Assembly (NCBI GenBank): GCA_963818265.1
Contig: CAWFRS010000005.1
Coordinates: 1,628,587 to 1,692,586, forward strand
Origin: an uncultured Planctomycetota bacterium
Lineage (GTDB): Bacteria; Planctomycetota; Planctomycetia; Isosphaerales; Isosphaeraceae
DNA length: 64,000 bases
Direction: 5' to 3'
Shown here: positions 1 through 9,908 of the stretch, piece after piece
Position numbering within the stretch: the first letter of the stretch is position 1
How the letters are laid out: each line of letters starts with the position of its first letter
The notes under the pieces: generated by a model
Told to the model about the DNA's origin: nothing
The model's database searches: none
Seen by the model: only the letters and a program-made list of their open reading frames with translations
Position numbers and translations under genes: made by a program

Positions 1-348
1 CGGTGGGGCTCGTGCCTGCGGCGAACGCTGTGAACTGCCCTTCTGGTGTGATCCGTCCGATTCCAGGTTCGTACGCGTAGGTGAACCAGAGGTTACCATC
101 CGGCCCGGCGGTGATGTTCGTCGGCCCGCCGTAGCTCGGAGGGATAGAGAATGTGGCGACCTGTCCGTCGGGTGTGATTCGCCCGATCTGATCGTCGGCC
201 AGGGTGAACCAGAGGTCGCCGCCCGGTCCGGCCGCGATTCCCCGCGCGCGGCCGGTACCGAGAATTCCGTGATCGGCGCGGCCAGAAGCCGACGGTCCTC
301 GAGGCCTGCGAGCATGGGACGGAACTTCAGCCGCTCGGATTGTTTCAT
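1..348 (-). CDS. Secreted beta-propeller-type repeat protein (Vgb/NHL-like repeats); only the 5' part is in the window
   Basis: The minus-strand ATG at 348 gives MKQSERLKFRPMLAGLEDRRLLAAPITEF. Repeats follow: GIAAGPGGDLWFTLADDQIGRITPDGQVATFSIPPSYGGPTNITAGPDGNLWFTYAYEPGIGRITPEGQ, running past position 1. The frame changes at the C4 run 240-243 (1-nt indel). It is absent from the ORF track because there is no in-window stop. Confidence 0.5.
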   Translation of the reverse strand, partial: MKQSERLKFRPMLAGLEDRRLLAAPITEFSVPAARGESRPDRAATSGSPWPTIRSGESHPTDRSPHSLSLRATAGRRTSPPGRMVTSGSPTRTNLESDGSHQKGSSQRSPQARAPP

Positions 349-352
349 CGTT

Positions 353-535
353 GCGCTCACGCGCCCGTCGAGCTGCGATGACAGGAAAGCGCAGGAGATG
401 CGCGATCACGACCGCGATCGCGCCGACTAAGCCCATCGACAGCGTCGAAGGCTCAGGAACGCTCGCGGCGGTTACCTGGATCGACCCAGATCGCGCGGCG
501 TAATCCAACGGGCTCCCAGCTTCGTCAAGCACTAG
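353..535 (-). pseudogene. 3' fragment of a PEP-CTERM protein gene, cut off by the IS insertion
   Basis: Removing the IS and one CTAG copy lets the frame of 2636-3131 continue as ...SPNQTLVLDEAGSPLDYAARSGSIQVTAASVPEPSTLSMGLVGAIAVVIAHLLRFPVIAARRARER. That is a VPEP motif, a hydrophobic helix and an Arg-rich tail. No in-frame stop occurs before 353, so the exact 3' end is uncertain. Confidence 0.6.
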
Positions 536-2635
536 CCTGGATTCCCATGCTCAAAAGAAGGGCTAACATTTAGCCTATATAATTGACCACACTAGCAATC
601 GATGATGTTAGTTTTTGACTTTACACCATGCTCACCTGAAGCGACCGTGGGGCTATCCGAATACGAGCTGCAATCGCTTGCGCCCCAGCCATGGGATGAC
701 CGTCTCTGTCGTATCGAAGCCGGCCGCGACGAGCAAGGGGTTATGAGCGCGCTTCTGATAGCGCACCACAATATCCGACTTGGTTATCGTGACATGGGCT
801 GTGGCATCCACGAAATCGTGAAACAGATGTCGTGACTTGGCGTGTTCGTAACCTTGGCCGATGCGACCGGCCAGCAAGCGATACAGGCTGCTGGCCATCA
901 GCGTCAATTGCAGATCACAGTTGACCTTCATCGCCACGGCAGAGCTCAGTGCGTCCATGTGAAAGAAGTCGATCCCGTCGGCGATGCTGTTTTCAATGAT
1001 CATCCGCTGAGCGTATCGCTCGACCAGATTGGCAGCCTTTCGTGTCAGTTGGTTGGTCAGAAGGATTGTCGGCTCCTCATGGCCCAAATCGGTGACGGTC
1101 ACTTGACGCAGATCGCCGTCGTAAGCGGCCAGAGCGATCCGTCCATCGAGGATCCGCGGATTCTTGTATTTCCGCGAGACGCCCTTCAGCTCGATCTGAC
1201 GCCATGCGGAGCTGGGCGTTTGGTCGATCTCCTGCTTAAGTCCCGGCGAACGTCGTCGCAGAGTGATAAATTGGATTCCCAGTCGATTGAGTTCACTGAG
1301 ATTGGCGTAGGTCGTCAACTTGGAATCGAAGATCAATTCCTCGGGATACCGTCCTGTCCGTTTCTTCCAGAATTGGACGAAGCGGAGAATCTCATCGTTT
1401 TGCTGGTCCTTGCGCAATTCGCCGTTGGCGTAACAGAAGACGCGGGTTTCGGCATCTTGCGCCAAGAAGGCCAGAATACCCTTCTGTCGCCGGCTCCGCT
1501 TGGACACATAATGCTTCTCGATCAGAGCTTCATCGCCATGGAAGGGGATTGTGTGAAAGTCCAGGTCGAAGGAACGACCGCGTGGCAAACCGAGTTGGCC
1601 GACGGCATCGAACCAATAACGCATCAACTGCGGATAGCAGACCGGATTGATCCTGCAACTGTATTCCGTCAAGAAGGATCGCTTTGGGATGACGTTCAAC
1701 CCGGCGAAGAGCGCCAGTCCTTCATCCAAGACCACGCTCATGACATGTCCATGGCGAGCCGCCCCAAACAGCTTCAAGGCCAGGAGCGATCGCATAGCCG
1801 GGCCGGGCGGGATCATCTCCGAGCCCGGAAATCCCGACTTCTTGAGTATGCGATCGAGTGGAATCGAAGCCAGCGTCGGCAGAAAGAGAAACAAGCCGCC
1901 GAATTTGGTCCGGAAGGATCGCGGGCTCAGATCGAGTTGTCGAATGTCGGCGACATCAGCCGTGGTTGGCCGCGACCCCGGCGGGCGCTCGTCATCGGCC
2001 CGGCGTGGCAATCGCGCGAATCCTTCGTCTTTGAGGATCTGTGCGACGGCGACCGCGCTGAGGGGATGCCCTTGGTGGGCCAGGCTGCGGCTGATGTCAT
2101 ATATGGAGAGATTCTGCTTGCGCAAGGCGACGACACGCTCCCGGAGGGGATCGGACTTGGGTGCATCCTGAGGCCCCTTTTTTGGGCTGAGGAAGAAGTC
2201 TCGTTGCGGATTCTGGCGGAAATGGTGGACGAGAACTCGGAAGCTCCCTGGAGTGTAACCGAAGCTTCGTGCGACCTCGGCACTGGGTGTGCCATCAACG
2301 AAGAATGCGCGGAGGGCCTCATACTGGCGGTGGATGGAGTTGGCCGGTTCTAGAAAGAGCCGAGCTAGATCTGTTAGTTTTTTTGCTTTACTGGTAAACA
2401 TAGTCCCCAAATGTCATTTTGGGGAAAACTTGTAAAGCCCAAAATGGCGAAACACCAAAATCAGGTAAAAACAAGGCCCACGCGAATGATCAGCGATGCT
2501 ACATGCGACATCAAACAGAGTGGAACTCGATAAATGAGTAAAGCAAAAAAACTGCGGTGAATAGCTGATTATAGCCAGAATTACGCACAAAATCAGGCAA
2601 ATTGTTAGGCCTTATTTTTTGCATGGGAATCCAGG
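536..2635 (-). mobile_element. Insertion sequence, 2100 bp, one DDE transposase ORF; family unassigned (CC ends and a 4-bp duplication resemble IS1380-type elements)
   Basis: Perfect 15-bp terminal inverted repeats: CCTGGATTCCCATGC at 536-550 and its reverse complement at 2621-2635, with weaker similarity for about 11 more bp inward. It is flanked by CTAG at 532-535 and 2636-2639. Excision restores a host ORF. Confidence 0.85.
653..2410 (-). CDS. DDE-type transposase (585 aa) with an N-terminal HTH region
   Basis: It is the long ORF filling the IS. The N-terminus (SAEVARSFGYTPGSFRVLVHHFR, LSIYDISRSL) looks like HTH motifs. The overlapping plus-strand ORFs are shadows. Family assignment needs an ISfinder search. 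Confidence 0.75.
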   Translation of the reverse strand: MGTMFTSKAKKLTDLARLFLEPANSIHRQYEALRAFFVDGTPSAEVARSFGYTPGSFRVLVHHFRQNPQRDFFLSPKKGPQDAPKSDPLRERVVALRKQNLSIYDISRSLAHQGHPLSAVAVAQILKDEGFARLPRRADDERPPGSRPTTADVADIRQLDLSPRSFRTKFGGLFLFLPTLASIPLDRILKKSGFPGSEMIPPGPAMRSLLALKLFGAARHGHVMSVVLDEGLALFAGLNVIPKRSFLTEYSCRINPVCYPQLMRYWFDAVGQLGLPRGRSFDLDFHTIPFHGDEALIEKHYVSKRSRRQKGILAFLAQDAETRVFCYANGELRKDQQNDEILRFVQFWKKRTGRYPEELIFDSKLTTYANLSELNRLGIQFITLRRRSPGLKQEIDQTPSSAWRQIELKGVSRKYKNPRILDGRIALAAYDGDLRQVTVTDLGHEEPTILLTNQLTRKAANLVERYAQRMIIENSIADGIDFFHMDALSSAVAMKVNCDLQLTLMASSLYRLLAGRIGQGYEHAKSRHLFHDFVDATAHVTITKSDIVVRYQKRAHNPLLVAAGFDTTETVIPWLGRKRLQLVFG

Positions 2636-3131
2636 CTAGCGTCTGATTCGGAGACGTGTCGAACGTTACTGGAACCGTGCCACCGGTTGCCGCCAAGTCG
2701 ACCTGGAAAGCGACGTGACCTAAGCTCACGGTCGTGTCGCTGAGGGTCACACAGCCAGGAGGGTTGAACTCGAGGTCGCCAGCGAAGATCGTCGACCCGG
2801 CGTTATCAATGGTCCAACCGATTCCCGATGAATCCGGGAAGATATAGTTTGGCGACGTAATATCTGCTGCGATGAAGGTGACTCCGGAGCCGCTCGGAAG
2901 ATTCAACGTGAACTGGAAGGCGCTGATCTTGTAGGTGCCGGTCACGATCAACGAGACGTCGAAGAAGTCTTGGCTCGACCCCGCGGTCGCCGTGATGTCA
3001 TTCGGTACCGATATCACCAGGCCGGCTTGGGCCGGTACGGCGCAGGCGAGTCCCAGCGATAAGCAGAGGGCGACGAGACAGCGATCCGGATGCTGCGTTC
3101 GCGGGCCACGTCGTCGGTTGATGAGGGTCAT
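2636..3131 (-). pseudogene. 5' fragment of the PEP-CTERM secreted protein (possible cohesin-like beta-sandwich), interrupted by the IS
   Basis: Signal peptide MTLINRRRGPRTQHPDRCLVALCLSLGLACAVPAQAG. The listed ORF 2511-3131 reads into the IS end from residue ~165 (LAWIPMQKIR...), so its tail is IS-derived. Confidence 0.65.
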
Positions 3132-3146
3132 CGGGAGAATCTCCTT

Positions 3147-5241
3147 TCACGGTTGAGGCAACTTATTCCCAACCCGAGACTTGGCCAGGTTGACGCTAAA
3201 GATGTCCGCCAACCCGTTGCCATCGAGATCGGCCCACACTGAGGGAATGGTACCGGCTGCGAGGAACCCCGGGGTCTGGTTGCGGATCGACACGGCGTCG
3301 GCGATCGTCACGATCCCATCGCCGTTGTAGTCGCCTGGCAGGACGGCAAAATTCCAGGTCCTGGGGCCCAAAATTTTGATCGTTGTGTCGACCGCTGCGC
3401 CCAGTCGGTTGTCAAGGGACGCCGAGAGGAGGTCGATTCCCAGGGCGCGGGCAGCGTCCACGTAGCGTCGAGCGACGTAGCATTGAAACCGGCGAATCCG
3501 TAGACGTGACCTGACGGAGTGGTGCTTTTCAGCACGAGTGACCCTGGGTTTACCGACACGTCGTCGCTGAACAGGATGTCGATGGCGTTGATATTGACAA
3601 ACGGCAGAACGCGACTGGGATGCAATATCGTCATCGTCTGTGTACCGTAATGAACCTTGATCTCGATCACCTTGGGGTGGATCGTCAAGATGCCGGGAAC
3701 GAGTAGTTGTCTGCCGCCAGTGAGCCGATCGCGATGTCGATGGGATAATGTCCGGCCGGACTGCTCGATGTCGCCGTGGTCGATAACTTGGGTTGTTCGC
3801 CGCCGACAACGGCTACCGTATCGCCATTGACGAACCCTGTGATGCTCCAGGTCAGAGTCGGGACTGGATCGCCGTGGGCCATGTCCAGGTTATCGGCCGT
3901 GACGGTCAACGGGGCCTTCGCCACCGAGAGATCCCATACAGATTCACATGGTTTGAAGTTACCATCGCCGAGGTATGCCACCTCCATCTTGTGGAGGCCG
4001 GACGCCAGGTTACTCGTCGAAAAGTCGTAGCCGGTGCCGTTGAACTGGTTAATCGTCTCGATGGGTATGGGACTCGAGTCAAAGAGGAGGAGTTCTCCCG
4101 TAGGGTAAGTCGGCGGCGGGGAGACCACGACAATTGCCTGGATCGTGACCTCCTGGCCATAGTCCGAGAAGGTGCTGAAGTTGCCGTTGATCGCCGTGTT
4201 CGCCCTCTCGACCGATTGAGTGACGGTACCCGAACTTGTGCTGAAAGGCCCGTGGCCTACGAATCGGGCCGTGATTGTATGGTTCCCGCCCGTGAGGTAC
4301 ACCGTGCTGAACGTGGCGACGTTGCCGTCGAGCGGGACGATGCCCACGAGAGTTCCATCGTCGTAGAAATTCACGAAGCCGGTCAGGATAGCAGTCGCTG
4401 GCGGCACATCGTTCACTGTTGCCTTAAAGGTCACTTTGTCGCCGTAGACTGAATGGTCAGTTGACGACGTCAGCGTCGTGGTCGTGGCGATCGGGGCGGT
4501 CGTGACGTGTAAGTTGAAGGCAAGTTGATATGTCACTCCGGTATCGAGCCCGAGGGACGGAGGCCCCTCGTTGCCCGCCGGCATGATACCGCTTACGCTT
4601 AGGCTTTGTGCGACCTGGAAAGTGTCGCCTATCGTGGCCTGGATGACTGCCGAAGACTTGATGATGCTCGCCCCCAGCGTTCCCTCTCCATCTAACGCGT
4701 TCGTGGAGTTCAATGAGAGGTGGTATGTTGGGACGAGCCCGGAGTTCTCCGAGGTCTTGACCGGGGAGCCGGAAACCATATTTGCGATACTACCATCCAG
4801 CTCGATCTCGACGGGTTGCCCCTCGACTTCATTAGCCGCGGGCGTGATCTTGTACGTGATGGGGGATGTCGTTCCTAAATTAACCGATACCGAAAACCCG
4901 AAGTTTGTGCGGTTTTCAGCGCTGGCCGTGGCCAGGAGTCCGAGGCTGGTCCCAAGGTAGGTCGCCGAGCCGTAGAGACCCAGGGGCCCAGAGACTGGGT
5001 CCACATACTGCAAGCCCACACCCAGATCTGTCGTGGTGAGGCCATTGGTGATCTCCTGCGTCCCGCTATTCATCTCCCCATTCAATTGGACCGCCGCGGA
5101 GGCGAAGGGGGAATCGACGATTTGGAGGCCGGCCATGAGCGTCCTTCCCTCGAGCGATTCGACATCGAAGTCGCGTCTCCGAGGGGAGCGGTGAGCCCGA
5201 GCGCCGGCGTTTCGTATTTGTGCTTGTGGTCGCGAAGTCAT
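3147..5241 (-). CDS. Large secreted Ig-like/MBG-like repeat protein with a C-terminal dockerin-type double Ca-binding repeat; two frame breaks
   Basis: The N-terminus ...DFDVESLEGRTLMAG is a planctomycete-style secreted N-terminus. Three consecutive frames join sensibly: 3685-5241, then 3308-3688, then the last ~95 aa of 3147-3809. The junctions are ...AADNYSF/PGILTIHPKV near 3690 and ...TWTLPAP/LGIDLLSASL near 3445. The C-terminus is GDYNGDGIVTIADAVSIRN...ADLDGNGLADIFSVNLAK. Confidence 0.6.
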
Positions 5242-5464
5242 GCTCCATCTCCCATGATGCCTGTCCGGGTTGTCGCGGCTGTGACAGGGCGGAAGCGGCC
5301 ACCTGATCGCCTGACCTTCGAGGCAATCGTTCGGTATCGAGCGGACGCTCCACCGTCTCGATGAAAGAAGTCTCGGTCGACGCGGTTGCTACTCCAACTA
5401 ACAATGCGAAAAAAGCTCCGGGATCGTCTCACGGGCGGCGAAAACTCTTGAAAAGATCTCGCAT

Positions 5465-5660
5465 TCATTCCGTCCGGTGCAACTCGCGGTACAACCAGAC
5501 CTTGGCGTAACACCAGTGGCGAATTAGCCGTTTCACGGGAGATGCCTCCGGATGTCGCGGCATCGTCAACAGCAATACCTGGGCGTGCCATTGAAAAAAA
5601 CTTCGTGGTCCGTGAGACGCGCAACGCAGAATTTTCGCATTGTTTAGGGAGGCCATCTCG
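5465..5660 (-). pseudogene. Decayed remnant of an ECF sigma factor (region 4 only)
   Basis: The tail ...RLIRHWCYAKVWLYRELHRTE* parallels ...ANRHWHFAKVWLYCALHGTD* of the ECF sigma at 13619-14184. The upstream part (IAVDDAATSGGISRETAN) lies in another frame. There is no region 2. Confidence 0.4.
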
Positions 5661-5866
5661 CGACCTGCCCTCATTAGGTCCGACGAGTAACTTCCCTAAC
5701 GTGTAACTCACCGGCCGGCCGAAAGCCGTGCAATCTCGCGATTGATTTTTTTGATTTCGCGTCGAGCCGCACTGGAAGTGGAAAACTCTCACGCGGGCTC
5801 CTCACGAATGAATCTGCAATCCTTTAGGTCGGTCGATCGCTTGCCGATCGCTGAGGGCTAACGCAC

Positions 5867-6505
5867 GTGTCCGAGAAAAACGTCGGGTCGGTAACCCGAT
5901 GGATTGACGAGTTGAAGGGAGGCGACTCCAGCGCCGCCCGCCCGCTCTGGGATCGTTACTTCGCCCGGCTGGTCGCGCTGGCCCGGGCCCGACTGAGACA
6001 CGCGGCGCATCACACCGAGACCGAAGCTGACGAGGAGGACGCAGCGCTTTGTGCCTTCGACAGCTTCTTCCGCGGAGTCGCCCAGGGCCGATTCGCTCGC
6101 TTGAATGATCGCGACGACCTGTGGCAACTGCTGGTCGTCCTGACCTGTCGCAAGGTGATCAACCAGTCGAAGCGGCAAGGGAGACGAAAGCGCTGCGGCG
6201 ACCGTGTGCAGGCTGGCGCTCTTCGCGACCATGACTCCGAAATCGACGTTCTGGACCAACTCGCCGGGCCGGAGCCGACGCCCGCGTTTGCGGCGATGGT
6301 CGCCGAGGAGTACTCGCGGCTGCTCGAGATGCTCGGCGACGAGACGCTGCGGACCGTGGCCCTGCGGCGGCTGGAGGGCTACACCAGTGAGGAGATCGCC
6401 GGCGAATTGGGCTGCGCCGTCCGCACCGTTGCGAACAAGCTGAAGATCATCCGACTGAAGTGGGAACACGCCCATGGGCCGGGACGAACTGATCAAGAAC
6501 GATAG
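5867..6505 (+). CDS. ECF-type RNA polymerase sigma factor (planctomycete Sigma70_ECF-like)
   Basis: 212 aa with a GTG start. It carries an N-terminal ...LKGGDSSAARPLWDRYF motif and a C-terminal HTH, EGYTSEEIAGELGCAVRTVANKLKIIRLKW. Its 3' end overlaps the kinase start by 32 nt. Confidence 0.8.
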   Translation: MSEKNVGSVTRWIDELKGGDSSAARPLWDRYFARLVALARARLRHAAHHTETEADEEDAALCAFDSFFRGVAQGRFARLNDRDDLWQLLVVLTCRKVINQSKRQGRRKRCGDRVQAGALRDHDSEIDVLDQLAGPEPTPAFAAMVAEEYSRLLEMLGDETLRTVALRRLEGYTSEEIAGELGCAVRTVANKLKIIRLKWEHAHGPGRTDQER

Positions 6506-9500
6506 TTCACTGCTATCGTGGCTGGAGCGGCTGGACGTCGCCCTCGTCAGGTTCGAGAAGGCGTGGCACGACGGTCAAGCCCCGCGGATCGAGATGTACC
6601 TCGAGGAGGCCGAGGAACCGGAGCGGTCGCTGCTGCTGCGCGAGTTGATGGGGCTCGAGCTGGAGCTGGAGCGCGGCACCGGACGTACTCCAGACCTCCG
6701 CGACTACCTCAGGCGATTCGCGGGCGATTCACGGCTGGTCGACCAGGTATTCCGCGACGAACAGCGGCCGCGAGATCCAAACGTGCGCGATCACTCCGGC
6801 GTCCCGACCCCATTTGGCGACGTGGCCCGCCTCTGCGAAGACACCGAGACCACCGAAGGATCCTCTCCGCGCGAAAGGAGGGCCATCGACCCGTCGCCCA
6901 CGAATGAGAGTCAGCGAGAGCCGCCGGACGCAGACATTCGCGCCGTATCTCGCGGCGAACGTGCCGAGCCGGCAGCGGAGCAAGATGGAGCTCTATCGCG
7001 GCAGCAGTTCGCGGAAACCCACAGCCTCCTCAAGTCTACCGGCAACAAGCAGCTCGGCCGCTATCGACTGATCCGCGTGCTGGGCGAAGGGGCATTCGGC
7101 CGCGTTTACCTGGCATTCGACGAAGAGCTCCAGCGGCAAGTCGCGATCAAAATTCCGACGCCGGATCGCTTCCAGAATCCGGGCGATGCGGAGCGCTACC
7201 TTGCCGAGGCTCGAATCGTGGCGATACTCGACCATCCCAACATTGTCCCCGTCTACGACCTGGGTCGCACCGGCGATGGCTCGGTCTACGTCGTGTCCAA
7301 ATTCATCGCAGGCCCCACGCTCGCCGATCGGGTCGCTGAGCGGCCCGCGGCCGACGAAGCGAGCAGGCTCGTCGCGATAATCGCGCGGGCGCTCGATCAC
7401 GCCCATCGAAAGCGGCTGATTCACAGGGACGTGAAGCCTGCCAACATCCTGATCGAAGAAGCATCGGGCATCCCCTATGTGACCGACTTCGGTCTGGCGA
7501 TCACCGAGGAAGCTTCGCTCGCGGAACAGAACATCGCAGGCACGCCCGCCTACATGAGCCCCGAACAGGTTCGCGGGGAGGGCCATCGGCTGGATGGCCG
7601 GAGCGACGTCTTCGCGCTGGGGGTCGTTTTTTATGAGCTGCTGACCGGCAAGAAACCATTTCGTGGCAGCACCATGATGGAAGTGTTCCATCAGGTGATC
7701 TCGGTCGATCCCCCGGCTCCACGTGCGCTTGACGATTCCGTTCCCGCCGAGCTGGAACGCATCTGCCAGAAGGCGATTTCAAAGCGTGCATCGGACCGGT
7801 ACGCGACGGCGATCGAACTGGCGGACGAATTGGTGCAGTGGCAGCGGGGGCCGCAACAGGGCCACAAGGAGGTCGCCATCGTTCCCAGGGGACTTCGGTC
7901 GTTTGGCCCCGACGACGCCGATTTCTTCCTGGACCTCTTGCCCGGCAGTCGCGGCCGGGACGGACTGCCAGAGAACATCAGGTTTTGGAAGACGCGGATC
8001 GAAGAAACCGATCCCGACAAAACGTTCGATGTGGGACTCATCTTCGGCCCCTCGGGCTGCGGCAAATCGTCGCTGGTGAAGGCGGGCCTGCTGCCCCACC
8101 TGTCAAAATCCGTGGTGTCAATCTATGTCGAAGCAACGGCCGAGGATACCGAAGTCAGGATTCTGCGCGGGCTTCGTAAACGGCTGCCGGATCTGCCGGA
8201 CGATCTAAGACTGGTCGAGACCTTCTCGCTCTTACGGCGGGGCGGGGGTGCGATCGGAAGCCGCAAAGTCCTGGTCGTGATGGATCAGTTCGAGCAGTGG
8301 CTGCACGCTCGGGGAGCCGAGCAGGAGACCGAGCTGGTGAACGCCTTGAGGCAGTGCGATGGCGGCAAGTTGCAATCCGTGGTGATGGTGCGTGACGATT
8401 TCTCGATGGCCGCGTCTCGCATGATGCGCGAGCTGGAGACCCCGATCCTCGAGGGGCACAATTTTGCGACAGTCGACCTTTTCGATCTCAAACATGCGGT
8501 CAAGGTCCTGACGCAATTCGGCCAGGCTTACGAGCGGGTCCCCGCGCCGCCGGGCAATCTGTCGGACGCCGAGCACGCATTCATCCGGTCGGCTGCGACC
8601 GGTCTGGCACAGGACGGCAAGGTCGTCTCTGTGCGGCTGGCCCTGTTCGCCGAGATGGTCAAGGACAAGCCGTGGGTTCCGACTACGCTGGACGAGGTCG
8701 GCGGTACCGAAGGCATCGGCGTCAACTTCCTGGAAGAGACTTTTAGCAGCCGCAAGGCCAACCCCGAACACCGACGACATCAACTAGCGGCGCACCAGGT
8801 GCTCAAGGCGCTGCTTCCCGAAATCGGCACGGACATCAAGGGCCACATGCGATCCCACTCCGATCTCCTCCTCGCGTCGGGATATCAGGATCGTCCCGCC
8901 GAGTTCAGGGACTTGCTGCGCATTCTTGATGGGGTGTTGCGGTTGATAACGCCCACCGATCCCGACGGCATTCGAAGTGAATCTGGCAGCGATCCGGGAT
9001 CGAAGTACTACCAGCTCACTCACGATTACCTCGTGCCGTCGCTACGGGAATGGCTGACGCGCAAGCAGAAGGAAACGCACCAGGGCCGGGCTGAGCTGCG
9101 GCTGGCCGAGCTCGCGGCTTTGTGGAACGCCAAGCCGGAGAACCGGCGACTGCCCGGATGGCGTGATTACCGGACCATCCGCCGGTTCACGGCCCGGAAG
9201 GATTGGACGAAGCCGCAGCAGTATATGATGCGGGAGGCGGCACACTATCACGCTCGAGCCCAGGTGCGGCGGCTTCTGGAAGCGGACCTGGCTGATGTGC
9301 CAAAGATCGTCGGGCAGGGCCGCCTGCTCCGCGGATACACGGAGCCGATCCTGCGGCAGGAGCAGCAGGCCGCGGCGGACCAGAGCCAGGCGAAATTGCA
9401 CACGGCGCTGGCGCTGCTTGCGGTCGACGGGATACAGCTCGACTATCTTTGTGAACAGCTCTTGCAGGCGACATCGGGCGAGTTTCCCATTCTCCGGAAT

Positions 9501-9908
9501 GTGCTGGCCGAGCATCAGCAGAGCCTGTCCTCGAGGCTGTGGTCGATCGCGGAGTCGCGCGAGAGCGAGGAACGGCGGTTGCGTGCGGCCGCCGCGCTGG
9601 CCACCTACGAGCCGGTCAGCCCAGGCTGGCGCGCGCTTGGCCACGATGCGGCACTGTGGTTGACCCGCGTGAAACCGGAGTTCCTGGGAGACTGGAAAGA
9701 AGCCTTGCGGCCGGTCCGAACCGATTTGCTTGCCCCCCTCGGCGCGATCTTTCGCGATCGTGAGCTGGGCGAACTGCAACAAGCCCTGGCGACCTCCACA
9801 CTTGCAGACTATGCCGCGGAAGACGTGCATCTGCTGGCGGAGCTGATCGTTGATGCTGATCCACGACAGTTTGCCGAGCCTCTTCCCGGTTCTGGCCCGG
9901 CACGGTGA
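6474..9908 (+). CDS. Ser/Thr protein kinase fused to a P-loop NTPase (STAND-like) and helical repeats; probably the N-terminal 60% of one ~1930-aa protein
   Basis: Kinase motifs: GEGAFGRVYLA, VAIK, HRDVKPANILI, DFGLA, GTPAYMSPEQ. Walker A is GPSGCGKSSLVKAGLL at about 8047-8095. The ORF ends only because of a 1-nt frame break near 9879. Confidence 0.8.
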   Translation: MGRDELIKNDSSLLSWLERLDVALVRFEKAWHDGQAPRIEMYLEEAEEPERSLLLRELMGLELELERGTGRTPDLRDYLRRFAGDSRLVDQVFRDEQRPRDPNVRDHSGVPTPFGDVARLCEDTETTEGSSPRERRAIDPSPTNESQREPPDADIRAVSRGERAEPAAEQDGALSRQQFAETHSLLKSTGNKQLGRYRLIRVLGEGAFGRVYLAFDEELQRQVAIKIPTPDRFQNPGDAERYLAEARIVAILDHPNIVPVYDLGRTGDGSVYVVSKFIAGPTLADRVAERPAADEASRLVAIIARALDHAHRKRLIHRDVKPANILIEEASGIPYVTDFGLAITEEASLAEQNIAGTPAYMSPEQVRGEGHRLDGRSDVFALGVVFYELLTGKKPFRGSTMMEVFHQVISVDPPAPRALDDSVPAELERICQKAISKRASDRYATAIELADELVQWQRGPQQGHKEVAIVPRGLRSFGPDDADFFLDLLPGSRGRDGLPENIRFWKTRIEETDPDKTFDVGLIFGPSGCGKSSLVKAGLLPHLSKSVVSIYVEATAEDTEVRILRGLRKRLPDLPDDLRLVETFSLLRRGGGAIGSRKVLVVMDQFEQWLHARGAEQETELVNALRQCDGGKLQSVVMVRDDFSMAASRMMRELETPILEGHNFATVDLFDLKHAVKVLTQFGQAYERVPAPPGNLSDAEHAFIRSAATGLAQDGKVVSVRLALFAEMVKDKPWVPTTLDEVGGTEGIGVNFLEETFSSRKANPEHRRHQLAAHQVLKALLPEIGTDIKGHMRSHSDLLLASGYQDRPAEFRDLLRILDGVLRLITPTDPDGIRSESGSDPGSKYYQLTHDYLVPSLREWLTRKQKETHQGRAELRLAELAALWNAKPENRRLPGWRDYRTIRRFTARKDWTKPQQYMMREAAHYHARAQVRRLLEADLADVPKIVGQGRLLRGYTEPILRQEQQAAADQSQAKLHTALALLAVDGIQLDYLCEQLLQATSGEFPILRNVLAEHQQSLSSRLWSIAESRESEERRLRAAAALATYEPVSPGWRALGHDAALWLTRVKPEFLGDWKEALRPVRTDLLAPLGAIFRDRELGELQQALATSTLADYAAEDVHLLAELIVDADPRQFAEPLPGSGPAR

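Noticed and set aside
842-2353. Long antisense ORFs opposite real genes (for example 842-2353 +, 18258-19493 +, 47625-48860 +, 29926-32088 +, 32078-33388 +, 35844-37052 +, 23382-24530 -)
   Set aside because: These are shadow ORFs typical of high-GC DNA. They have Arg/Ala/Gly/Pro-rich compositions and no recognisable motifs, and the opposite strand encodes clearly conserved proteins.
5238-5792. 184-aa ORF and overlapping 112-aa/92-aa ORFs between the dockerin protein gene and the ECF sigma gene
   Set aside because: They have no motifs apart from the short sigma-region-4-like remnant already listed. The rest looks like a non-coding promoter region for two divergent genes.
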